A DNA stretch of 64,000 bases from Cyanophora paradoxa CCMP329 (Eukaryota > Plantae > Glaucophyta). The DNA is taken from contig QPMI01000131.1 of the NCBI GenBank assembly GCA_004431415.1, positions 1 through 64,000 on the forward strand, written 5' to 3'. Made by a program: the position numbers and the translations under genes. Below are positions 45,917-57,800 of this stretch, one piece after another. Under the pieces are notes generated by a model. It was not told the origin of the DNA. It did no database searches and was given only the letters and a program-made list of their open reading frames with translations. How positions within the stretch are numbered: position 1 is the first letter of the stretch; each line of letters begins with the position of its first letter.

Positions 45917-48330
45917 AACATTAAGTGAATATTTCGCCCTTGTGAAACCAGCCGGCGATTGTGGATATTTCAGTGGCGCGGGAGAACTTCATCATGAATC
46001 GCGAGGGCGGCGTCGACCTCGTGGTCCACCGCCGCCATCCGGACGGCTCTGTGAAAAGGACGAACATGTCCTCCCGCGAGGTGGAAAAGGTGCCGGGGAG
46101 TGCGCCGTGCGCGTTCGTTTTCTGAGGCCTCCATCTGCACGCAGGAAGATCCCTCTAAACTGATTGCGTTCTACGAGTCAACTCTCCTCGCAGTCTTCAA
46201 TCACACTACAAAAGCATTCCACTGTCCCGATCGATTGCAATTGGAATCCGCCCCCGACCTGCAGCTGCCGAAATCGATTCCGCGAAACCTGCCAGATGTC
46301 ATCGTATGCAAAGTTTTCAGAGTGCTCGGACTCCAGGCGAGCTGGCCCCTGCGCGGCGTATGCAGGTCCGTGCGCGCCCATGGCCAAGTTAACGTTGCAA
46401 TAAATTAATCCACGAAGCACATTGCGTGCATATCGAACTTCGGAAATTCAATCGCATATACATGCGCGCGCAGGTGGTTTCGGCGGCTGATTCAGGAGAT
46501 GGAATGGGCGGAGGCGAGCCTCAAGCTGCGGGTCGATGTCGACGTAGACGTCGAGAGTTCGGATCCGGACGCGGGCGTGCTTAATTCCCTCGCTTGGCTC
46601 ATCGAGGAGGGAAAGCTACTGCTCGGCAGCGGCGCCAGCGTCTCCATCAAACTGGAGCGCGCCTCTGATGACACGGTCATAGAAGTTTGGAACCTCCTCG
46701 CAGCGATCTCGCAGCCGCGAAAGGTCGATATCGAGGTGCTCTCAGGATCGTTCGACGTCGACGACGAAATCGACAAGAATTTCCTTCGCGACCTGGTGCT
46801 CGGAGTGCTGCGGGAGCTACAACCAGAGGAGGGGGCGGCCAGTCTCCTGGAGAGCCTCAGCATCTGCCTCGACGCCTTCAGCGACGCAGACGAGTGGAGG
46901 GACTGGCCGTCGGCCTCGGCGGACGAGCTGCGGGAGGCCCTCGCCCCCTTCGGCGCGCTCCGCTCGCTCGGCATCTTCTTCGAACAAGTCGGCGCCGCAG
47001 CGGTCATCGTCGCCGCCTGCCCCAACCTCCGTTCCATCCGGCTCCAGGCGAAGTCATCGGATGGGCCAGACGACACCGGCGATGATTGGGACGAGTTGCT
47101 GCGCGGCGTGTCGGATATTCTGGCGGCCCTGGCGCCGCTGGCGTGCCTCGAGCACGTCACTCTTGAGTATCCTGACCACGACACCGACGAAGACGATCTC
47201 GATGACAGAGTTTGCGTCAGCGGCGGCCTCTGGAAGCTTGCGAAAGGCGCCGCTGGAAAGGCTATCAGGGACATCAGATTTGATTTCGACACGTGGCTGT
47301 TCAGGTGCGTCTCAGACTCAGACATAATTTAACCATAAGCCAATCCCGTGGGTGCAGCGATGGCGAAACATTATCTGCACTACAACATATGCCCAATCTC
47401 GAATCCATCGGAATATTGCAGCTGAAGGTGCGCCGTTTCCAAACAACAGAGCAATATATAGTTATATAAACTTTATCATCATAATGCGCATGCGTACGTT
47501 TCATTCTCACGTTTGACGCTTTTCCGGGCTTGGCGCCTGGACAGGATTTCGAAACAATCGCTCCTGAAGACATCCTGGCCATTGGACGCGCCACAAGCCT
47601 GCAGGATATCAAAATCGATTTGGAAAGCGATGTCGACGGCGACTCGCAGCTCCTGCAGCTGCGCATGCGTGTCCTCGCCGAGGCACTCGCCAGTCTGCCC
47701 GAATTGAAAAGCCTGAAACTAAATCTGATTGGTGGGTACATCTACATGTACATGTACAGCACCCGCGAAATCGCCCCGCGACGACTCACCTGATCAATAA
47801 TTGGATCCCAGGGTATCCAGCCGTATGCTCGGAGGGCGAGTTGAGCCTTCTCAAGAGCGCCGGCGTGCAGCGGGCCCTCACGCTCTTGTCACTCGAAATT
47901 GAAACGAAGGCCCTGTGCGCCGTTTCGAGGGCCCTGTCAAGCATGCCGCGCCTGCGCGTGCTTGACGTGGACGTCACGACCATGAGTGAGCCCAATATTA
48001 ATGCCCCCCGGCCCTGTACATTTATATGCAATCATTCCCTAGTTGCCAGGATGGGCTCGGTCGCGATATCGATCGCCCTAGGCCTCGCCGTCCCCATACG
48101 CGTGCTCCCTCGCAGGATTCGGCGCGGAACGAGACGAGATTGTCGCGTTTCTCGGCAGCGACGTCGCGCGTCGAACCCTTCTCAGTTTCTGCCTTGAGCT
48201 GGGCCGCCCGCTGGCAAAGGCGGAGGCCGAGGCGATCGCGGCGCTGCCGGCCCTCAAGCGCCTCAACCTCGTAGTCCTGAGCGACAAGCACCGACAACCG
48301 CGGTTCCCCCAGCGTCAACACCCGTACAAG
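45747..48330 (+). CDS. Chromo-shadow-like + F-box + LRR-like protein, copy B (last exon not found)
   Basis: MSQSG..DILSHKDQ|..REVEK|EDPSKLIAFYES..NLPDVIVCKVFRVLGLQASWPLRGVCR|WFRRLIQEMEW; exon structure parallels copy A. Confidence 0.7.
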
Positions 48331-51149
48331 GTGCGCATTTATATAACTAGGGGCCCGGCCGCGTTTGGCGCGCCGGGGGTGCAAGGGGGGAATCGGGATC
48401 TAATGAAAGAGTAGTAGTGGCACGAACATGCACGGGGCAGATGTAGATCGACCCCGGCCCAGCGCGCGCGGCAGGTTGAATTAGTAAATTAAAGATAGAC
48501 ACAGAGCGGCATCTGGCCCGGCAAGGCTCGGAGCGACGATAGCTACCAGAAGCTGGATCCGTAACGACCGGAAAGCGGCGTGCAGCGGCGCGTCCGGAGG
48601 CAGTGCCCAGGCCGGGTAGCAGGCGGCGGGGGCGCACGCACGTGCACGCGGCCCGGCGGCGCAACACAGGGCTGCACGCGGCGTGCACGCAGGACACGAA
48701 CTATAGCTAGTCTGCTGTCCGGGTGCCGATCGCAACAAGAGCGCCGAGCGCCCGGCCCGGCCGGCGTGCTCGGCCGGCACACGCGGTTCTGCAATATAAG
48801 CTCGATATAAGCTCGATATAAGCGCAGCAAGAGAGTACGGTCTAGATCTGGCCGGCCGGGCGTGCTCGGCTGCGATCAGCTGCAGCGGCGCAGGCAGCAA
48901 CGCAAGCAGTTTCTAGGCGGAAATCTAGAGGAGACGTTGACAGGTAGAGAGAAGTGGTTCCATGCAGAATTGCGCAACGAAGAGCAAGGCGTACGCGACG
49001 CACTGCGAGGAAGCCGAAATCTAGAGGAGACAGCTAGGGAGAACTGGTTCCATGCAGAACCGCGCAAGGAATTCGAAGACCGGAGTTAGAGAGAAGTTAG
49101 TTTTCCCCTCGAAAACCACTTTTCCCCCTCTAATTCGACGCTCGAAAGTCGAGAGCTGACCGGTCCACCGAGCCAATCCGAACGCGAATAACCCGTCATT
49201 TTTTTCCGGTGTTGCAAACTGGACCTCGAAAACGGCCTCATAGAAAAGTTTTGGCTGAAGCGAGGGAACGGGAAGCAAGGGGGGGAAGACCTTCGGTCTT
49301 CTTTTCCCCCCTTGCAATTACATATGCATGCGATCGCGAGCTCGAGCCGGCCCGCTTCAGCTAATCACACGCATACGCCACGATCGCGAGCTGACCGGTT
49401 AGCCGTAGGTGCTGCGGGACCGCCTCCGCCCCGAGGTCGACGTCGCACTTTGCGGGCCTCTCAGCGACACGATCGCGGCCCTGTTCGAGGGACGCCCCTC
49501 GACCGAGATCACACGCAAGTGAACCGCCAGTTCGGGTTCTTATAATTTAATTCTATAGCTAGATCTGCGCATGCAGCTGGCCCGTAGGTTGCAAAATTGT
49601 CGCATACATTCGACGTGCACGTGCTTGCAAAACCGTGCGCGTGCGAAATCCACGTGCCAGTGAACTCTAGCTCCATTGAACTGTCATTCAAATTTTGCGT
49701 GATTCGAATTCTAGATTTGCGGCCGAGTTAAACGTCTGGTCGATTTGGCTGGATAAAATAATGGGAAGCGATTGGCGAGAAACTGAAGCGTTTAATACTA
49801 GCTAGTATGCATCTTGATGCTAGAATAAGGCTCAGTTTCGTGCGGATCCGGTACGAAATTTTCCTAGATGTATGGCCATACAAAGGCGACGAGGAAAAGG
49901 CCAGTTTCGCGGCGGGCTAGCCGAGCTAGCAGTGCGCCCGGCCGGCGTCTTATTGCTCCAGCGTTCGAGTCCCGGGAAGGGCAGTTGGGGGGAGCGGGGG
50001 GGCCTTGAGCTGCCTTCAGCTGCCTTGGGGCCGGGGCGCAGCGACCCCCGAGGCCAACTTCTGCACGGCGAGACATTGGCGCGAAACCAAAAATTTTCCT
50101 GCTCTATAGCTAGATTGCTCTAAACTGCACTTTTGACGTGCTCAGTTTCGCGCCAATCGTTCGCTGTGCTCCGCTAGAATTTCGGCTGGACATATATGGC
50201 GTTTTCGCAAACATTCGCGCAAGCGAACCGGACGTGCACGCGCTCGCGAACCTGTGCGCACGTGAAAATGCACGCGCGCAATGCAAGCGCAATGAAGGTC
50301 GCGGCCATCAGCGCAATCAGCTGCACTCCAAGCGCAATGACGGTCGCGGCCATGAGGGGAGGGTGATCGAGGGCGACGCGGGAGGGGCGGGGGCGGGAGG
50401 CGCGCACTGCGCATATGGAGGGCCGGGCGGGCCTGGAGGGCGCGGGCGCGCTAGCTATCGATATCCGGATCTATCGATATCAGGCATATGGCATGCTCGT
50501 GCTCATATATATACATGGCATGCGCAGATCTATAGCTAGAGCTCGAGGGCGCGCCCCCATATGCATGGGCATGGAAAGATGGCGCGATTTACGAAATTGA
50601 GAAAACCCTCATGATCAAACTAGAAACGGGCTATATAGGTATAGGTTGCAAAATTAAAAAGGAGGCCTAATTAATTAACGGAGCTCGAGATCGATAGGGG
50701 ACCAGCAAGAGATGTTGAGAGAATCTCGCAGAATTATTCTCTAGGCTCAAGCGGTCGACGTCGGCGAGGCGGGAAACAAGGCCTTAAGGTGCGCGTGTGT
50801 GCACGCGGGAATTGATGCGATACAGCGCTCGCCCTATATATATAAGCGTTGTAATCGCTCTTGCAGATCATTTTCTCCGATCCTCTCGTGCAAGCAAGAA
50901 TTCGATTATTCCTTCATTTCGAGCGAGCCGCCGCGCGGGAAGCGAGCTCGAGGTGCGGGATTTAATGCGGTGCTCGCAACTCATGCATCCGAATTCGAAT
51001 CGAATTGCGTATATATACGTAGACCATCCTGTCATCTGTCATTTTGTTGCGAGGTGCGCGCTGGCCATGGCCGCCCGTTCTTCGGCGCGTAGGCGCGCGC
51101 AATGTTAAGCTCTCGATGGAGCAGCGAGCGATGTCGCATTCGAACGACC

Positions 51150-54100
51150 ATGGCCAGCGCACGGCGAAGCGAGCTCGAGCTCGGACCTCCGGGATCCGTT
51201 GATCATGATCATGAGGAGCCATGGCAAGCTGCAGGCGCACCGGCATCGGCTTTTGCTGCGGCAACCTTTGAGAATGCCGCGCCTGTGCCGGACGCCCGCG
51301 CGGTGGTCGTCAAAGCGAGTGACGTCGACCGCGGCGGCCGTGTCTCCGTCGCGAGCCAGACAGAAATTCTCAGCCAGGGAGACCAGGTGCGCGCCGCGGC
51401 GCGTGTGCCACGCCTACAATTCACCCTAAATAAAATACTAATTCTTGCTTTCTGCTATAGCTAGAGAATACTCCTTTCTGAATGCAGGCATGCATATGCG
51501 CACAGGATCTGTTGGAGCAGTCGGCAATTCTGGACATTTTAGCGGTGCAGGAGGACCTGAATCGCGAGGGCGGCATCGACCTCGTGGTCGATCGTCGCCA
51601 TCCGGACGGCTCCGTTCGTAGGATCATCATGCGCTCACGGGACGTGGAAAAGGTGCTAAGGCAGCCAGCGCGCCCAAGGCAGCTGGCGCCGTCCGAAAAT
51701 GCTGATCATAAGGCCGGCGCCTGCATTTGCGCGCAGGAGGATCCCTTCAAGCTAATTGCTTTCTACGAGTCCACCGATATTGCTGCCCCATCGCGATCGA
51801 CGGCTCTGGATCTGCAAGACCTGGCTATAGGCGAATTCGACACACTGCCCGATGCCATTGTTGTCGACATTTTCAAAGTGCTCGGGCCGCGGGCGAGCTG
51901 GCCCTTGCGCGGCGTGAGCAGGTTTGCGGTCAATTAGATATCTGAACAAATTATAATTAATATTCATAAACAAATGCGCATATTAATATTCATAAACAAA
52001 TGCGCAACGAAATATTGATGCGCATGCGCATCGCTAGCACTCTTGTAGATTTTAGTTATAGCTCTCGGTCTATTCTAAAAGAACATGCGATCGCAGGCGG
52101 TTTCGGCGGCTGATAGAGGAGACGGAGTGGGCGCCGGCGAGCCTAGAGGTTCTGATCGACAACGCGGCCGTGTGCGACGCCCTCGTTTGGCTCATCCAGG
52201 AGCAAAAGCTGCTGCTCGGCAGTGGCTCCAGCGTCTCTATCAGTCTGAAGCGCGCCTCTGAGCGCACGGTCGAGGAAGTGTGCGGCCTCCTCGAAGCGAT
52301 ATCGATCGGGCAGCCGCAAACAGTCGCCATCGAGGTTCTCACGAGAGCACTCATTAATGTCGACGTGGACAAGCATTTTCTTCGCTACCTGGTGCTCGGA
52401 GTGCTGCAGATGCTCCAACCGAAGGAGGGGGCTGCTAGTCGGCTAGAAAATCTCAGCATCTGCCTCGACACCAACAGCCAAGAAGGGGAGTGGAGGGACT
52501 GGCCGTCGGCATCGGCGGACGAGTTGGAGGAGGCTCTCGCCCCCTTCGGCACGCTTCACTCGCTCGGCATATTCTTCGGGCAAGTCGACGCTGCAGCGGT
52601 CATCGTCGCAGCCTGCCCAAATCTCCACAGCATCCGCCTCCAGCCGAAGACATCAGACGAAACCGAAGAAAATTGGGACGAGTTGCTGTGCGGCGCGTCG
52701 GATATACTGGCGGCCCTGGCGCCGCTCGCGTGCCTCGAGCACGCTGTGCTCGAGTATCCTGACGCACTCACTGACCGCATGCGTCTGGATAACGAAGAAG
52801 ACCGAGTTCTCGTCAACAAGGGCCTCCGGAAGCTTGCAGACGGCGCCGCTGGGAAGACCCTCCGAAGCATCTATTTTTGTCTGTGCACATCTACACGGCC
52901 GTGGATGATCTGGCCATGGTGCGATCTGACTGCTAATCAAGAGCTGGAGTATTAATATTCGACCGACCGACATTGTTTTTCAATTAATAATGAGAGAGAT
53001 TGTCGGTCGACCGACTTGTTTTTCATTTCAGAGACTACGGCGGGGCGACCCCCCGTAGGTAATATTTTTGGCGTCACGGTGATATATATGCAACTTTCCA
53101 TTTATTAACAATGGCGTTAACGTTGCGTTTAAATTGACTTCGTATAAATTGGTTTCCAATTTTAAGCTGGTAGTGTTTGGGTGCAACTCGTGATATCGAT
53201 CAGCCCATGTGCATGGACATATATATACATATATATAATAAATCCTTCTTTCATCTGGACACTTAAATTAATCTGATTGCAGTGATGGCGATACCTTTTC
53301 TATCCTGGAACGCATGCCAAACCTCGAATCTATTGGGAAACTCGAGCTGAAGGTGCGCCATATGCTCCACTAAAGATTGCAAAAACGTTTAGTTGCAATT
53401 GATATTCCTTCGCGTCCGGGATTCGGCCGCGGCCATGGCCAGTATCCCGAATGCATTCGGGCCCTTGGACGCGCCACGCACCTGCGGGAAATTGATATCG
53501 GCTTGTCAGTCAGCGGCGACCCGCTGCTGCCTCACGAGCAGCTGCCTGCTCTCGCGGAGGTATTCTCTAGCTATAGTATGCCCCGCTTGGAGATCTTGAG
53601 GATGGAACTGGACTGTACGCGCCCTTTGTTCAAAACAGCTCATCTAGATCTCTTTTTCATCCCGACCCAGGGCTGTCGCCGGGATACTCTAAACAAGTCG
53701 TGGACCTTCTCCAAAGCGCCGGCGTACAGCGGGCCCTGACGGAGTTGGCGCTTCGCATCGAACCGACGGCCCTGCGCGATTTTGCGGGGGCCATCTCCAG
53801 CATGCGGCGCTTAAAGTCGCTAAAGTTGGACGTGACGACTATGAGTGAGCTCGAGCCTGCGCGGCCTTTGCAATTGGACGCCCTATCTCGCATTGCTAAC
53901 GTGCAGCCGAACGTGTCCTCATATACGTACTTGCAGTCCTTAGCCTGGACGTGGTCGAGTTTCTTCGCAGCGATGTCGCGCGTCGGGCCCTCACAGATTT
54001 CGTCCTTAACGTGGGCACACACCGCCCGCTCTCCGAGGCGGAGGCCGTAGCGATCGCGGAGCTGACGGCCCTAAAGTTCCTCACAATCTCCGTCTCGGCC

Positions 54101-54480
54101 GTCTCGCCCTTCTTCCTCTCTCGCGGGCTTGTCCCCCAGCCGGTGCCCCCGTATGAGGTGCGAGCTCGAGCCGGCTCGCGTTTACTTCACGATATTCGGA
54201 TCCGATCACATTCTTGGAGTGCTGATCATGGACCTCGCCCGGCCTTAATAACTAGATTCTGCGGGATGGTCTCCGCCCCGACGTCGACGTCCTCATTGAT
54301 GGCATTCTCGGCGGGAGCGTCGCGGGCCTCTTCCAGGGGCGCCCGCGGAGTTTGACCACAATCCGGGACAACTTCGAAATGCTTAAGGTCTGATCCGCCT
54401 CCAATCCGCCCATGCCACTCCCTTTCCTTCTTCAAATTGCTCTTCGCCTGCTGCCAACTTTTTCACCCTTGGACCTAATT
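51150..54480 (+). CDS. Chromo-shadow-like + F-box + LRR-like protein, copy C (end approximate)
   Basis: Exons 51150-51386, 51506-51652 and 51737-~51921 give ..EDPFKLIAFYES..FDTLPDAIVVDIFKVLGPRASWPLRGVSR|RFRRLIEETEW, a canonical F-box. Confidence 0.72.
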
Positions 54481-54819
54481 TATGTCCTGGGGCGCAGGCG
54501 AGGGAGAGGCAACAGGAAGCTGAGCGGGAAAGGCAGCTCGAGCGGCAGAGAGCGCAGGAAGCGGAACGGCAGCGGCAGATCGAGGCAAGATCCTGCCTCC
54601 GCCCATTCCCTCTCATCCTTCAAATTCATCTCCTTACACCTATATTGGCCTACCGCCTTTACTTTACCACCTTTAACTTCTTCACCTCGACCGAACGGGA
54701 CATGATCATGAACTGATCGCTAGTGCTGTCTTGGAGCCGGAGCAGGTGAGGAGGCGGCGGCGGGCGGAGAGGCGCCAGGAGGAAGCAGCAAGGGCGGCGG
54801 CGAAGAGAGAGAAAAAAAC

Positions 54820-57800
54820 CTCATGAAGGATGAAGAATCGATCGCGATAGCCGATAATTGCACAGTACTACCCATAGTTTGCGGACGCAATGCCTATAAT
54901 TATAATTATAATTATGCAAGAAGCGAGGACACTCGTCGCCGCCGCGCCGCGGTCGGGGCGCCAGGGCGCGCGCGCGTGGCAGTAACGTCGACCGTCGGAC
55001 GGTCGACGTCACTGGCGGAGGAAGAGGCGGCGGAGCTCGGGGATGTCGCGGCACTGCTGCGGGATCGTCGCCAGGAACTGCGCCCCCCAGGTCAGATGCA
55101 GCCCGAGCCCGAGCTTAAGCTGGAGGCTGGCGGGGCGGGGCGGGGGTGCGGGGGTGCGGGCCTGGTTGGCGCGGTCGGACTCGTCGGCGAGGCGGTCGAC
55201 GAGGGCGCGGAAGAGAAAGAGGTAGGCGCCGGCCATGAGCGCGGCCACGGCGGCGAAGACGGCGCCGTTGAGGGCCTTGGCGAAGGCGGCGCGCGCCTCC
55301 CCGGCCTCCACGAAGGCCCGCACCCGCCGCCCCAGCTCCCCGTCCAGCTCCCCCCAGTGCCGCCCCATCCGCCCCACCGCCTCCTGCCCCCTGCGACCCG
55401 CGCCTCGCGTCAGCGGCCGTCCCGTGCACTTTCTACGCGGGCCGTCATGCGCAGGGCGCGGGGCGGACTGGAGGAGGGCGGCGGCGTTGTAGACGGGGTC
55501 GGGGCCGGCGGGGGCCAGCGGCTCCAGCTGCGCCAGCGCCCGCCGCGCCTGCGCATGCCCGCGCGCCCCGCGTGAGCGGAGCTGGGGGGCGGCGGGGCGG
55601 GCGGGGCGGGCGCGCGAGGAGGCCGAAGCCGGAGAGGAAGAGGTCGAGGCCGGCGCGGGGGCGAGGCCCTCGAGCTCGCCCGCGCCGCCGCCTCGCACAG
55701 CAGGCTCGAGCCCGCGCCCGAGGCGGCGCCCTCCCCTGCGCCCGCCCCGCAGCCGCGCTCGGCGTAGAGCACGGCCCACTGCCGGCGGCGCCCCGTGAGG
55801 CGCGAGGGCGGGCGGAGGCGGGCCGGAGGGCGGGGCGGCGGGCCTGGACGGAGGCGTCGCTGTCGGCCGGCTCGAGGCGGAGGCTCGCGTTGCCGAACTT
55901 CAGCGCGCGGTGCAGGCCTGCGCATATGCATGCCGCCCCCGCCCCCGCGGTTAGATGCGCGGCGCGCTGGCCATGGGGCGGGGCGGGAGGGGCGGGGACC
56001 CTCGAGGGCGGCGAGGTTGGAGGCGAGGGCGGCGGCGAGGGCGGGGAAGGGGGCGACGGCGCCGTCGTTGACAGCCGCCTCGCGCGCGTAGTCGACCGTC
56101 CGCGCCAGCAGCAGCCGCAGCCGCGCCGCGTGCAGCACCTGCCGCCCCGCCTCAGCTGCAGACCGGCCCGCCTGCAGCTGGAGGCGCGGGGGCGGGCCTG
56201 GTGCTGGAGGAGCCGGGTGGCGGCGACGGTGTCGGCGGTGAAGTAGGCCCCCACGGCGACCAGCGCCACGATCACCCCCACCACTGCCGCCCCTCAGCGG
56301 CCCCGCCGGGGGCGTCGTCGGGCGGGGACCGGATCCGGACGGGGCGGAGGCGGACCGGCGAAGAAGCGGCGGACGAGGCTGCGGAAGACGAGGTCGAGGG
56401 CGCCCGCCTCGGCCCCCCGCTCCCGCTCCCGCGCCCGCTCCCTGCGCACGCGATCGGAGGGGGCGGGGCGCGGGGGCTGGAGCCGGTGCACTGCGCGTCG
56501 GCCTCCTCCTCGCCGGGGCCCCGCCGGCGCCGCGCGCCTCCCGCTCGCGCCCGTGGCCCTTGCCCTCCTCGGAGCCCTCCTCGCGCTCGCGCTCGCCGCG
56601 GGGGCTCGAGCCCCCCCCGGCGTCGAGCTCCATCACGAGCGGCCTCTCGCGCTCCTCCCCGCTCGAGCTGCCGCCGCCCTTCGACTTCCCCGCCTTGGCC
56701 GCCGTGCGGGGGCGCGCGGGGTGGCGGCGGCGGGCGGTGGTGCCCCCCAGGGCCAGGCTCGGCCCCGCGAGCTTCAGGAAGCCCTCCTCGCCCCACGCCG
56801 CCGTCCTTGGCCTCCCCTCCTCCCGCCCCGCCGTTGGCGCCGGTGGCAGCTGCCGCCGCGGCGGAGGGGGCGTGGGGCCGCTGGGCTTTGAGCGGGCGCT
56901 GCCTGCCGTCTGCGGCCGGAGGCTGAGGCTCACGCGCCGGCCCGTCCGCTCCCCGCGCCCGCCGGCGGCGGCGGGGCCCGGGGGCGGGGAGGGGGAGGCG
57001 ACGGCGCCGGGAGGGCGGCCCCTCTCAAGGGCGTCCCGCAGCCGACGCGGCCTCGAGCTCTGCCGCGGCGACGGCGGCTGCGGCTGCGGCCTCGGGGCGG
57101 GGCGCGGCCCTGCTAGCGGGGCGGGAGGCGGCGGAGGCGACGCTGCCGCGGCGGCGGCGCGGGGCGGAGGGGGAGGCCTCCTCCCAGAAGCCCTCGCGGC
57201 GGGAGGCGGGCCCGCCCTGGGAGGCGGCGGAGGCGAGGGAGCCCTTGCGGCGGCGGCGCGCGTCGCGGTCGGCGAGGCGGAAGGAGCGCGAGGCGGCGCG
57301 GGCGGCCGCGCCCCCGAGCAGCTCCGCCAGCGCCATGTCCTCCAGCGCCCGCCGCGGGCCGGCGGCCCCCGCCCCCGCCCCCGCCCTCGCCCCGTTCCTG
57401 AAGCTGCCTGCGAGGCCGAGGCCCACCGCGAGCCGCCGGGCCGACACCTCGCGCCGCCCCGTCTCGAGCGGGCCCGCCCGAGGGGCTCCCCCGCCCCGCC
57501 CGACCCTCTACGCTCGCCCGCCGCGGCTGCCGCGCCTCGAACGCCGCGAGCACCGCCGCCGCCTCCGCCCGCCGCTGCCGCCCCGACCCGCCCCGTCCTC
57601 ACATGCTTTTCGCAGGCCAAGGGGTGGGGCGCGCGGGGCGAAGCGGGCGCACGGCATCGTCGGCGGTGGCGTGGGCGACGGCCTCGGCGACGGCGGCGGC
57701 GAGGGTGCGGGCGTCGGCAAGGGCCCGCGAGTGCGCCGCGAAGGCCCCCAGGCGGTCCTCCGCGAACGCCTGTACCCCGATCCGCCCCGCCTCGTCGCCC

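Noticed and set aside
41447-45921. ORFs of 205 and 259 aa recurring three times as a gene family
   Set aside because: Their recurrence simply reflects the 1485-bp triplication; they show no protein-like motifs.
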